A stretch of DNA of 64,000 nucleotides from Perna viridis (taxonomy: Eukaryota). Shown here piece after piece: positions 1 through 14,420 of the stretch. The stretch is from assembly GCA_037379345.1 (NCBI GenBank), contig CM074518.1:17546001-17610000 (forward strand), given 5' to 3'. The notes beneath the pieces are model-generated. The model was not told the DNA's origin. It did no database searches and saw nothing but the letters and a program-made list of their open reading frames with translations. Position numbers and translations under genes: made by a program. The stretch's first letter is position 1, and each line of letters begins with the position of its first letter.

Positions 1-62
1 CAGTCTCTAAATTGCACATGAAAAGTCTCTAATTCACTTTCTTTTACCATTGGTCCATACTT

Positions 63-1326
63 TCATCTTCTGAATGGCATCACATTTCGTCTTCCGTGGT
101 AGATTGCGCCTTCCGTGATCATATTAAGATCGCTAATCACAGTTGACGTTCCTGGAGTTTGCCGTCCGTTGTCGGGCAAAGAAATGTTTGTTAAATTATC
201 GTTAACGTTGACCCCCAACGGGTACAGTTTGCTGGTGGGTCTCGTCGTGAATCCAGTTCTCGTTCGAACGACATTGTCTCCTCCAAAGTTGGGCTCCTCA
301 ACGATAGCTAGTGTCCATTTAGTTCTCAAGGAATCGTCGTGCACTTGCACAACATCACCTTTACGTATCGTGGTGATGTTTCTCCCAGCATTACGCTGGT
401 ATTCTCGAAGTGAAGTGAGGTAGTCGTACTTCCTTTTGTTCCAAAAATGTTTCAATAATTATGTCTTTTGCGAACTCACCTTTTAACGTTTCGTGGTTTA
501 AGTCCCTATATTGAGGTCTCTATCATCTTTGGGATATGGAATGGAAGAAATGCGTCTACCATACAACGATTTCGACGCAGTTAACGGGTCGTCTAGTGGG
601 TCCGATGGTACATACGTAAGCGGACGGCCGTTTAGGATGGTTTCCACTTCGGTAACTGTTGTTTAAACTTTTTCGAGGCTGATTAACGAGCGTCCGAAGA
701 TCTTTTTTATACAGTTCTTAGTTAATCCTACCATCCTCTCCCACTATCCTCCAAACCATTGGGCTCTTTTTGGGATGAATTTCCACACGGTTGCAAAGTT
801 ATTTAGTTTTCCTGAATTGCGGCAAATCCTTTCATTTGTTGCCATGCAGCCACAAACGTCGTAGCGTTGTCAGACATAATTGTTTTCGGCATTGACCTCC
901 TGCTGACAAATATGCGGAACGCCAACATAAATGATTCCTCGATCAGATCGGTAACTACCTTACCTCGAGATGCACTGCACGGTTACTAGCGTAATGTAAA
1001 AAAGCATATATAGACCTTTTTGATATCTCCGTCGGTTGATCTCACATTCAGTGCACCTGCAAAATCTACCCCTGTGACTGAAAAGGGGGATGATTCATCG
1101 AGTCTATTACATGGCAACGGTGGTGGATCTCCAGTTTTGTACGAGTGTCCAGTCACTTTTCTGCAAGTTACACACTTGTGTAGAATGTCGCTTCATAGTA
1201 CACCTTTAGTCATGCCGAGAGTATTTACGATATGGTTCAATAATCTACTCCCTAGTACGGATGCCACGAGCTCCAATCGTGGTATAATCTGTGTTTTCAG
1301 TGGGGCTACTCGGACAAACCGAACAA
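63..1326 (-). mobile_element. BEL/Pao LTR retrotransposon remnant, 3' pol part (peptidase A17/RNase H piece, integrase zinc finger and core, DUF5641), with stops, frameshifts and an internal deletion
   Basis: The minus-strand frames give VAPLKTQIIPRLELVASVLGSRL (~1240-1320), a CxxCRK...PPLP...PFSVTGVDFAG-like motif (~1050-1190), NGRPLTYV (~610-635) and HFWNKRKYDYLTSLREYQ...GDVVQVHDD...W.LAIVEE...RPTSKLYPL (63-455). All are typical Pao motifs. Confidence 0.9.
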
Positions 1327-2489
1327 ACTTTCTCTGTGCAAATAAGTATTGTAATGCAGAAAAGAAAGTTAAAACAAGCCTTTTATTACCCAGTCTTAAG
1401 TTTTGGGAAAACTCCATGATTTTCTATACTTTCATCCTCATATGCTATTTTTGGATATGAAAACCAATGATGAGATAAAAAACATCAAATAAATATTGTT
1501 TTCAGTGCGCAGAGTGTGAACAAAATCTGTGTCTTAATGTCTTTTCTCATTTTTGCCATGTATACAGCCTTTTTCATTATATGAATGCATGTAGTAGAAC
1601 ACAGGGCAGAATTATCCCCAATCTGGGGGAGCAGACAAGTATTAGATTTGATCTAGAATCAATATCCTATGTTCAATTGTAATAAATCTGGTATTTTTTT
1701 ATTCCATACAAATAGAGCTTTCCAAAAATCACAAGACATACACCAGTTAAGAAGTCCCCTTCAACTTAAGGATGCACTATACATTAAGGCGCAATGTTTC
1801 GTACACCAAGTTACCCCCGGTCAAATTTTGTAAAACTTAAAATTAAAAGTTGAAATTTGGTGGATATATTGTTTAAATGTAGTTAAGCATTTATACATAG
1901 ACAGATATAATATATGTAATGGTAAACAGGTGTAATTTAAAGGAAGAATAGTATCCGGAACGTTTCAGTCTCCTGTCGTATTAGATTCTCTCCTCAGCTT
2001 CAGATGGCTGATTATCAAAATACCTTATTTTGCACGAACTTTTGGAACTAAAATTGTGAGAGAACGAATCGAAAAGGGTCTTATTATTTTTACCCTTTTC
2101 CAACTACTCCAGGCATGCTTTTTCATCCTGTGGTAGTGTCTAAATGCCTGATATTTTATAAAACATAGTAATTGACTGTTAGTTTTGAAAAGGCACCTCT
2201 GATTTGTACTAAAACTCAATAATTTTTTTTTCAGTATGTTACTATGGCTACTGAATTTTATAACAATAATCACTAAATTACTTATAAATGACTTGCACCT
2301 CCACACATCAAGGATTTAAAAAATATGCACTTTTTTATGACAAAACACTAGAAATTTCTGTGCGGACTGCCTCGAAACAGCTTTTTTTCAACAAAATGAG
2401 ACCAAATATTCAGAAATAACCTAACTGTATTGTTTGGACAAAACGGCGTTCAGTATGAAGGGGGAGCACGTTGCCCCGAATAAGACACG

Positions 2490-3610
2490 TCTGAAACGGT
2501 ACGTTGATTGTTGACTGTTTGGATCAGTTGGATTCTCTAACTAGAAGAATCGTGTGACATTACGGTCTTCTTTGTCCAGTCTAACATTCAAAAAGGCTTT
2601 TGCGATGTCTGTTGATACACCGTACTTGTGCATCCTGAATTTCAAAATAATTTACGTTATATCGTTTAGTTTAGGAGGGACATCTTGCAGACATTCATTT
2701 AGGCTTGCGGAATTCGGAGTTTGTTTGCAGCTACAGTCATATACTATCCTAAAGGGCGTAGTTGTAGAGTCCTTTTTCACGGGGTGATGGAGAATATCGT
2801 GTAGCTTTGTAGATTGATCCTCGTTGTTTTCATCTATTCTTTCAATGATTCCACGGTTGAGCTGTTCTTGGACGATCTCTCCATACTTTTGTAACAATGT
2901 CGGTTCTTTACTTAAACGTTGGATTACGTTTTCTTTTCTTCGCAAAGCGATAATCTTGTTTGTGGGTAGTGCAGGGTGGTCTGACTTCCATGGAAGTTTA
3001 ACGACATATCTGTTCTTGACGTAGGTTATGCTAGTTTTCTCGTTCTGTTTTCTCATTTCCGATCTCGTTTTTGACTCCTAAGGATTCCAATTCCCAGAAC
3101 TTCTAAAGATTGCATTCTTCTTGATTGTGTGAAATCAATACATTGAAAACTGAGCTGTTTGTTGATTTTGTAGCGTCGGTAATAGGTCCTGATAGTAAAT
3201 AGCCTATTTTGGATTCAACTGCGGTAGGTCCGTTACCTCGTATGATTTCGTTTCCAACGATTTGCCAATAATAGTCGGCTCCAATTAAGAATTAATGTTG
3301 AGGATTCATCTGCTGATGCTGGGTGCGCTAATCTCAATCCTCTAAGGTGTTTCATGTTTACGACAGCAATTGGATGCAATTGTATGTGGACGGCAATTTC
3401 TGGAATGATCAATACGCTTATCGGAATTTTCCCGCCATCAATGGTTTGTAAGTCGACGTCGGCTTTCTTCAAGTGTCGGACTTATCTGCTCTGTTGTTCT
3501 AATCCCGCTAAATGTATCACTTTGGTTCCTGTGCTTTGAAAGTTAAGTTTACTTGCAAATTCCTCTATATGAACGATCATTGTGCACCCTCGTCTAGATG
3601 TTTGCGTCGG
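2490..3610 (-). mobile_element. BEL/Pao LTR retrotransposon remnant, protease/DUF1758 region and N-terminal RT
   Basis: Motifs are LDEGAQ (aspartic-protease-like, ~3580-3600), FWELESLG (~3080-3100), RYVVKLPWK...HHPVKKDSTTTPFRIVYDCS...SLNECL (ORF 2652-3056) and DIAKAFLNV (~2580-2610). The fragment is collinear with 63-1326 and separated from it by ~1.15 kb of unrelated AT-rich DNA. Confidence 0.9.
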
Positions 3611-6249
3611 CGGAATATGCTCACTGCAGCTACGGCGGTTTTCAATATATCAAGATATATAATGAATCTTTGGTTTGGCGACAAACTGATCGGGTAATGG
3701 GTGGTATAAAGGTACCTGAAAATCATCATGAAGTTGATGAGTGGGGTGCACGATTGAACCTCCCAGACCATGGGCTAATATATTTTCTATAAACCAATAG
3801 TATTTGAAATGATGTAAAAATGATATACATTAAAAACATTTCAGATGATTATTCATGTGAAAATTAGAATGGTTAAATTAAAAACATTAATTAAAAAAGG
3901 CCTCTTTCGAGGGGAGATAACTTGCGGCAAAAATATTTCAAAGGGGAAATGTTCTATTGGAATGCGTAGGAAAATTCATGTTTTTAACCTCCCACTATAT
4001 AGATAGGTCACTGTAGATAACATTATGACAATTTGTGGACATAAAGCTAAATTGAGACACATAAACAGGCAAATCTAACATTTTTTTCCTGTGAAAAGTA
4101 TGTATTTTTCAAAACCTTACATTATGGAGATCTTGGTCACGAAAATCTGTAGCCATGTAACATAATAAAAATAACATATCAATTTTCATAACAAATTTTC
4201 AGTGCCTTTCCAAAATTAATTGTCGAAAATCGAGTTTTCTATATTATCAGGCACATTAAAACTGCCAGAAAAAGTAAGCGGACATGGTATTATTGTAAAT
4301 ACAAATAAGCAGTGTACCTTTTGTGCTCATTTGTTCATGATTTTAATTTTTAAAATTTGTGCGAAATGGCATTCTTGAAAAACAGTCATTGGGTGCCGGG
4401 AAAAGAACCCAATCCGGCGAGGACCTGAATCTTTCCGGGTATCTCAAAGCATGAATTTTACACCTCTCAAGTATTGCATCTGTTGATGACGAATGCTCTA
4501 TTACCCACAATCAATATTTCCACCAAGGTTTACCTTTTATTTTTAAGTTTTACAAAATTAGACCGGGTCAACTTTGATTACGAAACAGTGCACCTAAATC
4601 CCATCTATATATTGCAACTTGATATTACAACAAAAAATGTTTGCAGTGACACCCCCCCCCCCCCACAATTTTCGTCGTGAAATATGAAAGAATATCAGTT
4701 AGGTGTTATTTATATAAAGTTATAAGAAATTTTATCTTCCAGTTTCTTAGAAGTTTGTGAAATATTGAGGATTCTTTGCAGATTCCATATAAAATGCAGT
4801 AAAACTTTTGGCCTTAAAATGGCCCAATTATCTCAAAAACAAGTTCGGTGACAAATGTTTTTTTTTATATTAAAATTCTAAAGTATGTTCATTCAATGCC
4901 ATCTTTGAGAAAAAAACTAGGAAAATTCATCTACTAGAAATATTAGGTATGATCTACCTTGCTAGCTCTTACCGCTGCTACAATAAACACAATACAATAT
5001 ATGGATTTTGTTCAATGCCATGCAATTGAAAAATATTAATTTTGCAAGAATACAATAAATGAAGTTCTTTTTGTACTATCTAATTAAAAAAACGTCATTA
5101 TTATGAAACATATCCGTTGTCACGTTTACTAAATTTCCATTCTACTGCTACAATATTGCAACTAAAATTGCGAAGCCTTGAGGTAATAAAACGCTGTTTT
5201 TATCAAAACTGGTATTCTACTAAACTGAAAATTTACATAGAAATCCAACGTAGTCCAAAATGAAAAATCTGTTCTTTTTCCAAGTCGACCTTATTCACAC
5301 TCTAAAGGATAATTGTACATTGATCAAGACATTATACACAATTACTCAGTGCTGAAATCGATTATGATATCGCCACTGTACATGTGAAGAGCCATACCAA
5401 CTTTTTCTTTTTCACAATTAACTGACAAAACATTTAAATAGTTACGCATTTTATGTGCTTGTAATTGTACATGTTTGAATGCCAAACAATGTTAATATAT
5501 TGCTGATAAAAAAAAACTTGCACTTACACGTAAAGATAATATTATAAACATTCTACAACTCATGTAACCAATGATTATATTTGATTTTATCTTTAATTTG
5601 CATCTATACTAATTGAAAGTGTCGACATTTAATAAAAAATTTATTGGCACTATTGTGTGGCATCAAGTATATATTTGTATGGGCCGAAGTGGCAATGCGC
5701 TAGAAATGTGAGCGCAGTAAAAAAAATCCTTGGTCATGAAAATATATCGAGCGTTTATCTTACTGCTTTTAAAGATAGTATCTATTTCCCACTTTAAAGC
5801 AATAACTAAGAATCACATGGGCGTAAAAACAAATTGTACATAATTTAAAGATAAAATTGAAAGATGATATTTTTCGGAATGAGATTTGAATATATAAATT
5901 ATTAGGCTTTTCATTTCACTTTTTCCTATTAAACTATTGGTTATTAAGTAAGCTTTATAAGTATCTACACAGACAAAATTGCAACATATGCTTTTCATAT
6001 GCTTTGAAAGCATCTAAGAAGCACATGACTATCATATGTTTAAGGCCACCAGGAAAATCATATAATTAATCATGGAAAGCAATCAAATAAAAATCATAGG
6101 GTGTTTGTATATTTTCAAAACGATTTCACATATGAAATGAGTATGGTCGTCATATGATTTTCGAAAACATGAGAACATGTACTTTTGAGGGTCTCCAGTC
6201 TTACAACAACACGTGTTACTCCCGTAGTAGTATTGATTCAATGTGGATC

Positions 6250-6800
6250 CTGAAAAATTCGGAAGAATTTTGGAGACCCTCAATTAAAGATTATTATCAG
6301 AATATAATAGCATTAAAACCTATGATTTTTCAACACTGTATACTTCTATTCCCCGTACTCAGTTGAAATCCTGACTTAAAAACATTATCCATCGTTGTTT
6401 CTCCAGAAAGATGGTACACCTACATACAAATATATAGTTCTTTGTAGAGATTCCTCATACATTGTAAAAATAATAATTCCAAATCATCTTCCAAATATAC
6501 AGAAGATGTTTTCAAAAATGCTGGAATTTTTTATCGACAGTGTATTTGTCCTGTGTGGAGGACGCGTTTTTCAACAAACGGTCGGCATTCCAATAGGAAC
6601 AAATTGTGCTCCTCTACTTGCTGACCTATTCCTTCACTCTTATGAGGCTGACTTTATAGCTGATCTGATCCGAAAGAAAGAATATCGTTTAGCTAGATCC
6701 TTTAATTTCAGTTTCCGCTATATAGATGACGTATTATCGTTAAACTATCCTAGTTTCGGGGATGTGATACATCGGATCTACCTTTAAGAACTTGAGATAG
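6250..6800 (+). mobile_element. Penelope-like (PLE-type) reverse transcriptase fragment
   Basis: ORF 6395-6787 contains FQQTVGIPIGTNCAPLLADLFL...FRYIDDVLSLN, the PLE-type RT motifs 4/5 with a YIDD catalytic signature. It is truncated. Confidence 0.85.
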
Positions 6801-6801
6801 G

Positions 6802-7208
6802 TTTCACCGAGGCTCGTTTTAAATGAAACGAACGATAGCACATTATTCATCAATCAAATGTCAAAAAAACGATGACAAAGTGAAGTAAATGGAAAAAATA
6901 ATAAAATAAAATAAAACACCATACAACAAAAAGTAATGTGGAACAGACACAAATGACACTTATTACGAAATTAGACTTGACGAAAATGAGGATATGTATT
7001 AGATACAATTCATCTTTAATGTCCACCGAATTAATGGTTGACAGAAAAATAAATCTGTCCTTCAATTCATATATTTTCTATCTCACAGGTGATACAACTA
7101 ACAATGATTAATACATACTTAAGATTTCATCGAGGCTCGTTTTAAATGAAACGAACGATAGCACATTATTCATCAATCAAATGTCAAAAAAACGATGACA
7201 AAGTGAAG
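6802..7208 (+). repeat. 84-bp direct repeat pair (6802-6885 and 7125-7208)
   Basis: Near-identical TTTCA(C/T)CGAGGCTCGTTTTAAATGAAACGAACGATAGC...GACAAAGTGAAG occurs twice, immediately after the PLE RT fragment. Confidence 0.9.
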
Positions 7209-7609
7209 AATTAGATTTTACTTCTTACCAGATTAACACTTACCGGATTTTACTTCCATAAAGACAGGTATCGCTGGTGGGGCTTACCCGTCGAAGCACC
7301 TGAAATATTTCTAGTTTTGTTGGGGTTTTAGGGGGGTGGGTGTTGGAGTTTATGATAAATGAATATCGTAAATCATGTCACTGTTCATAAAGCATACACT
7401 ATCCAACATATGGTTATATCGCATAACGTGGCTCAAAACAAGTAAATGTATCTTACGTATCTCCCTAGACCTCCCTCCTAAATACAAAAATTAAACAACA
7501 GAACAAAAATAACTATAAAATACAATTTTTACTTCTTTACAAAACAGGGGTTTTGCTTATCTAGTATAAGGTAGAGAAAATGTGTTATTTTGAGAAAAAC
7601 ACACTGATC

Positions 7610-7830
7610 CTAACAAGAAGAACTCAAAGATGATATTAAAATTTCCGGTCGGCAGTATTTCTGTCGGAATTGAAGGACAGGTATTCTAGCTGACAATCGG
7701 AATACCTCTGTGAGAACAAATTGTGCATTTGGGTATCAAAGATCACTTATATCTGATTTACTCGGATGAGCTTCCAATTAAAGAGACACCTTCCTTAGCT
7801 TCATACTTGGACCTTAATCAATATACATAT
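7610..7830 (+). mobile_element. Second, more degraded PLE-type RT fragment
   Basis: GGACAGGTATTC...ATCGGAATACCT...AACAAATTGTGC resembles 6560-6610 (G.VF...IGIP..TNCA), and SYLDL-like codons occur near 7800. Confidence 0.5.
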
Positions 7831-10800
7831 GATACATGACGTTTGGAGTGGCATCAGGTGCTATGAAAGAGTATGCATGTACTGTTGTGCCAGTGGTACC
7901 GATTGCATTTCAGGTGAGTAAAATCCGGTTAGATTTAAAGTCGGTGGATTTTCATTCAGACAGGACGTGAAATCTAATCTGTTCTCTTAGACATTTTAAA
8001 TTTAAGCTTACTATGATCATTTTGCCTTAAAGTACATGGCTTCTTAGTGTGAATAAACCTGTGGGAAACACACTTAGTTGCATTGACACAATCATACGAA
8101 TTAGAAATAATATACCGTATATACGATACCCACAACATTGAAGAGACTTTAAGGAGGAGCAATAGCATTTCACTTTTCCGCCTAGGAACTGAGATGGGCT
8201 TCCAATTTTTGAGTGTTTCTCATTAAAAAAAATCAAACCAGTAGTGGGCGGACAAAAAAGTATTGCTATTCTTCCGTCGAATGCAGAAAAAAAAACATCC
8301 CTATTTAAAGACGCGGTGGCTGCCATTTTTATTAGTAACTTTATGTTTTTCCATTGTTTTTATTGCCTGATATTTTCTATCTCAGGCTACTGATACTGAT
8401 ATTGAAAAGAAATATCGGCAATCATAAATGACAACGTTACGTTAAATCGATTCAGGCGTCGCCGATAAAAAAGAATAACGTAAGTTCTGAACGTCTCAAC
8501 AGAGCAGCACACATCGTACAAACAGGCTGACTGTAATATTTTCGGTTACTACTTCAAAACTGTTTTTTTTTCTGAATATGGTCGATTGAAACACAATGAC
8601 ACATGGTAAACCAACATTAGTTATTGCTTATCTCAAGTATGACACGCTCCCTAATTTTATTTACTCACAGTTTTCATGTACTAGAAAATGATACGTTGTT
8701 TCATTTGTATATACAAGACACAAAAACGATCTCTGAAATACGAAAGTACTTGTAAAACAGTGTTAGAAGAAAACGCATGACTTTGTCATTGACAGGAAAT
8801 CATATGGTAGTAACCGTAGTATAGCGACGACGCACTTACGATTTGAACTTTCATGTGTTTAATATAGTCAAGAGGATTAACGGATATGGTAAAACGTAAC
8901 AAATGCTCCAGCGTATAACCTAAATACAAAATTGTAAATAGTTTCAGAGATCATCAAAAGATCTTCAATAAGTATAAAAATACCTTTAAATAAGCTCTTG
9001 ACGGCCATGACAACACAGAGATAAAATCAACGGTAACTGAACGATGACATTTCTTCAAAATCAAACTAAAAAGTAATGTAATGACACAAAGACATATTAA
9101 AAACCGACACCTTAACCACACCCACACCCCTTTAATATATTAAAAAAGAACAGGAAAACATCAAACAAACGAACACACCATAAAATTCATTCGGTATTTC
9201 ATCCAATTCTCTCCGTGGATGACTTCAACATACACCATATAGACAAATTGAGATACTCACTTAAAGAACGCAGTTACTGAAAGCTATAGCTCAGAACATA
9301 CTAAAGAATGACAATACCACCAAAACTACTAGCATTAGAAATAATCGGTCACTACAATACCAGGGGACTGGCTTTAGATTACTAATTAGGCAAGATTCGA
9401 TGTAATGCAATACTCAAAAAATGACTTAGTTTTTACGTATAGGGATGCAATTAGGGGTCGAATATCTCTGTTAGTGAAAACAAGCTTAGGAGAATAGACA
9501 GTGATTTGAAAATTGTATCCTTTACCAACAAATCTATTAAAGACAGTCGATGAACACATTTGATTAGTTTTATTCTTTTTTATTTGCTTTATTCATTTTG
9601 AAATGCCTATATCAAACAAGGACCATTGCATGTGGTGGTTTTTCCAACTTTGCGGTTTTTGCCCAGAAATTGCCATTTGTTAACGAATCTTCCTATAGAT
9701 TGTTAATTATTCTAGATTTTATCAATGCGGTAATTTTGTTATTACCCTTCATTATAGACTATTTTTTCATGAAAAAAACTGGGTTGGCAATAACATATTT
9801 CTTAATTAAGAACCTGCAAGTTCTATTATATTTTTTCATCAAAATTTTGTAACGGTGAAAAAAATAAGTTAATGTTTTTAGTTTGGGATATCAATACCCC
9901 TGGTGCAAAAGTTTTATTGCGTTCATCATGATTCTTAATTACAAATACGAGCATGCACCTAATAAGTCTACGAAATCGGGCTCACATGAAAACAATTATA
10001 ATTCAAATGTCCGCTCCGAGCGAACATTTTCAAGTAGTAATCACTGACATTCTTGGGCCTTTTAGTGCTGCAAAACTAAGTGTTGCAATCTGTATTGGTG
10101 TCCATCTGCTATATGATCAAATATGTATGACCAAGAACTGTCGCCATTACGTTGATCAACATATTTACTAGTCAATTAAGAAAATCATTCCACATGCATC
10201 TTATTTATAAAAAATATTCTTGCGAGATTACTCTTAAAGACACGTAACTTTGTATAAGCTATCTAGCTTCTTTCCGAATCCTACCATGAGTTTGTATGTA
10301 AATGTATATACTGTATTTGCTTGTGCTTAAATACTTGAATAAATATTTTTAAACTAATACTTTGATCAGATATTTTATGTATCGACATGGAATATGCAAA
10401 ACTTTGCACTCTGATCGTTGAACAAATTACAAATTAAGTTCCGTTGTCAAGAGGAATCGACGATGACGACACGCGCCGTTTTTTTTCTTGGTACAGGGTC
10501 ATTGTCCAAGGTCATTACAGGATATATCAATATTGATAACTTCAATGTTCCCGTTCATTCAAGAGTCTACTTTTTACTTTGTTAGAAAGGATCGAAAAGT
10601 ATCGAGCAACTGTGGTGGAAACATTGAAATAAAGATGTTGAGATGGAAAGGAAAACAAACAAACGAAAAAGACTACAGTGTGCGGCATGTTGTTACGCAA
10701 GGGTCACACTGAAAACTCCTTCGACCCTGGGTTGGCTATTTTATATTTCTCAAAAAGATCTCATAAAGTAATGGTAAGTTTTGTCGTAATGTTGATGGGA

Positions 10801-12489
10801 ATTAATAAAAAAAAAAAAAAAGAAAAAAAAACAGGGTCCATGTCAAAAGGTTAAAACGATGATATTGTGGAGAGAAACGCCAAATGACTTGGATCCACCA
10901 CATTGTGTTGAGGTGAATTTGTTAATTTGTTTAGATGACGAGATCACCAGCTCGTTTTTTGTTCCCACATGAAGTAAATGAAACAATTAAATGTACGTCA
11001 TCTCAATGTAACCAAGGCGTTGACAAAGATCGGAGACATATCACTGGTAAACTTTAAAAAAAATCATTGTACATCTTCATAACTTTTAAGAAAGTTAGGT
11101 TCTCGTAAATAAAACCATGGTAAGATAATGGTCATACCGAACTTAATAAACGTTTCATTCATATATTAGGGTTTTTCATAATATTCATCAGGTCCATGAG
11201 ATAGCATCTTTAGCTTTATAAGTTTGGTCAGAAACTGATTTATCTTGATATATATTTCCTATAACTACATGAAATATAACAATACGAAACATTTGTAAAC
11301 AATCACATAAGACTGTATTATCTGTATATGTCTATATGTTTATTTGTTATTTTGTCTATATTAGGAGCACCAGATTATATTTTACCCAAAAATGAATTTT
11401 AAAAAAAAGATAACCTAGTGATTAAACTGCGTGACAATCATCCTCTTTTTTAATAACGTCTATTTTTTTTTCATTGTTCTTGGCATATTTTTGATAGGCA
11501 TTTACTCAAAGAACCCAATTTGTGATTTTTACAGTTTGAATTAAAAGGACATTTGAAGATGAAAAACATACTGCAATATCTTAACCCTCGTTTATGTTTG
11601 AAAAAAAAATGAAAAGATAATTCGAAGGATTTTTAAGTATTTTATATAGTTCTATCATAGCTAGTATACTCCAACATGTGAACTGTGAACACGAAAAGTA
11701 AAAATGGTTTTTAAGTGCACTAGAAGAAATCAAGCATAAAGAACGTATGTTAGATCGTAACAATTGCGTCTATTACACCCCATGGAAAAAAACTTTTCCA
11801 ATAAAGTTTGTATTAAACATTCACTGTAAGATAATATTATATTGACAAAAACACATGCTGGCATCAATTAACTGTTCTAGGATTTCTAATACAGTAACAT
11901 ATCCAGTCAGTTCAGCAACATATATATATTGTATTACATTTCTACCGGAGCCGTGGGGTATTCATTACATGGACTTGTCATTTGTTTAAATTCTTTGAGC
12001 CCATAAGCGAAAAATTGTTATTACTCGGCGACGGCGGCCTAAAATGTACTATGAGCGATTTTAATATTTCACACTAAAATACGTTGCTATTATCTGTAAG
12101 GCTAATTGATAGACTGAAAATATCAATTGCAAATTGCTAGAAGCTTCTAGCGAACCTATAGTCTTAACCGAACTTAAAAAAAAAAATGGACCATGGGAAC
12201 ATGTTTGGCTGTCGGAACAAACAGACAATCTGTGATAAATCTGATTTAGTATTCAGTGTGCTTAAGATGGGATTGGCCATTAAGAATCATGGTTGGCATA
12301 AAAAAGAACAATTTGATTTACGTGAAATCTAAGATATGATTTATTTTCAACGATCGGTCAGAAGTTATAGAAACAAATAAAAAATGAGAAAAATTAAATA
12401 AAACGCAGATGCTAAATAAGCTAAAACTAAACATCGCTGCAGTGTTTGATATATGATATGTAATATTTAGTAATATTAACCATTTTCAA

Positions 12490-12563
12490 GTTGACTGCTA
12501 CAGTTGACTGCTGCTACAGTTGACTGCTACATTTGACTGCTGCTACAGTTGACTGCTACAGTT
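12490..12563. repeat. Short minisatellite (AGTTGACTGCT[GCT]AC, 13/16-bp units, ~5 copies)
   Basis: Tandem units are directly visible. Confidence 0.9.
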
Positions 12564-13939
12564 GGTCCGAATATCTTTTTTACCCTATGATACTCTTCTT
12601 TTTATTTGGATATTAAAATGTCTGGTTGAGGCGATTAAAATTCAAATAAATAAGAGAAGGGTTGTAAGAGATACAATATGACTGTTTCAGACGAAAATGA
12701 CATTTATGTTTAACAGACAATGCAAGTTTTGCTCATAAAAGTAGTTTTTATTCACTATCCTTTGCTAATCCAGAATAAACTCGGTGTGTCACATCGACCT
12801 TCAAGAGAATTCTGTGTACGACTGATGTCATCGACAGAGTTTGTATGAAAATCGACTGCTTAAAGGAATATTTCTGAGCCAGGGAAAATGATGATGAAGA
12901 CATTCTTCTGGTTGCTACTCTTAGTATTTACACCAGAATAAAATGATGAAAAAAATGACAAATGTATTTTGTTTGACCGACAATTCCGTTTTTATTCAGG
13001 GGTACACATTTCCTAGACTTTGAAATTATATGTATTTTTATCTGATTAAGATTGAGAATAATAAAGCCGATGTTTTTTTTTGTTTTTTTTTATTTGTGTG
13101 TGTGTGTGTCTGTGTGTGTGTGTGGTCACAACTACTAACTGGTTATCTTTTTATATAATTTTGATCAGTGTAAATATATTTTCTGATCTCTTTGCGAATA
13201 TTATGTACATCAAAATAGCAAAGTATCCAAGCTCCACGCAACTGCTAACGTACGTTTCCTCTCTTACTAACCGATGCAGACAAGTCTGTCGCCTAAGTTT
13301 TTGCCTCCTAAGTTCCACTATTTCAAAGACAAACAAGAAAAAAAAGAACAAAAAGAAAAGAAAAGAACTAAAACAACCCTTTTCATCACAAAATATGCTT
13401 TTTGCGTTCTATTATTGGAGAATAACTTTTTATCGCGCAAGTTGGTTGATAAATGTGCATTTAAGTGAAAACTTTACATTTTGGCGAAACAAGAGAATAG
13501 TATAGCACAATTTATATCCCGGCAGTTTTTGTAGTTATTTTTAAAAATAATTTGTCATTTCTGAGTTTCAATAACCGTTATTGTCTTTTTTGAAGGGTAG
13601 TTCCCAACTGTTTATGTCGGGTAAGTTACTTTCTGTATGAAAGTTCGTATTCTTGAAAAAAAATTACCATCCAACGGACAGTCCTGTCCTTCAAAAATTT
13701 TAAAAGCTATCCTAGAGGAAGATAGGAATACTGGATATGCAGACTAGGTACTGCAATACCTTAAGGAAGCAATGATAACCTCAAAAGTATAGGAAACCTT
13801 TCAAGCAAATATAACAGTAACATAAATGTGATGAATTTATTTGACAAAAATCCAAGACGGACATGTAGTAATGACCATCGCCAATATCCACCAAGTAAGA
13901 TGCATGATGTCTCCATAGATGGTCTTCTTCCTTTCATAC

Positions 13940-14420
13940 AAAACCTCTTGGACTCCATCACATTAGAACTAAACTGTATTCTATAGCTCTCACTCTACTA
14001 CACTCCATTTACAAAACAAGTCTTGACATTACGGGAGATTAAACATCATCAAAAACGAATCTCTCCGTAAGGTCCTTTCTAATGGTCCCAAGTACCGTGA
14101 ACCATGCTCTATAAATTGGAAGTATAAATATAAAGTTCTTATGGGTACCGTGGAGGACAACGCAAGAAAATGAATAAAACGAGACATTGATTCTCAATTA
14201 GAGTGGGTAAAGGCTGTGAGGTTTTTATTTTGAAACGTATAAAAGTTTTAAGTAGGTCAATGAGCGCCAATGCTACATCAGTTTGCAAAGACCCCAATGT
14301 AGCAAAAACAATGTCTACTATACATTATAAATATGTTGTTGTTCCAGCAGAAAAAGCCCAAAACAACATTGTTTTTGTCTGCAAAACGTATTAAATTCAG
14401 CGTGTATTATCAGAGGTAGA
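13940..14420 (+). mobile_element. Degraded N-terminal part of a PLE-type retroelement ORF
   Basis: Across stops it reads LRKVLSNGPKYREP.SINWK and YVVVPAEKAQNNIVFVCK. The PADK-like motif lies upstream of the RT domain in this class. Confidence 0.7.

Noticed and set aside
8170-8330. Promoter-like cluster (GC box, CCAAT, GCCATTTT)
   Set aside because: I found no associated exon chain. It may belong to a decayed transposon.
13080-13505. 141-aa ORF
   Set aside because: It is made of (TG)n and A-rich tracts, a low-complexity artefact.
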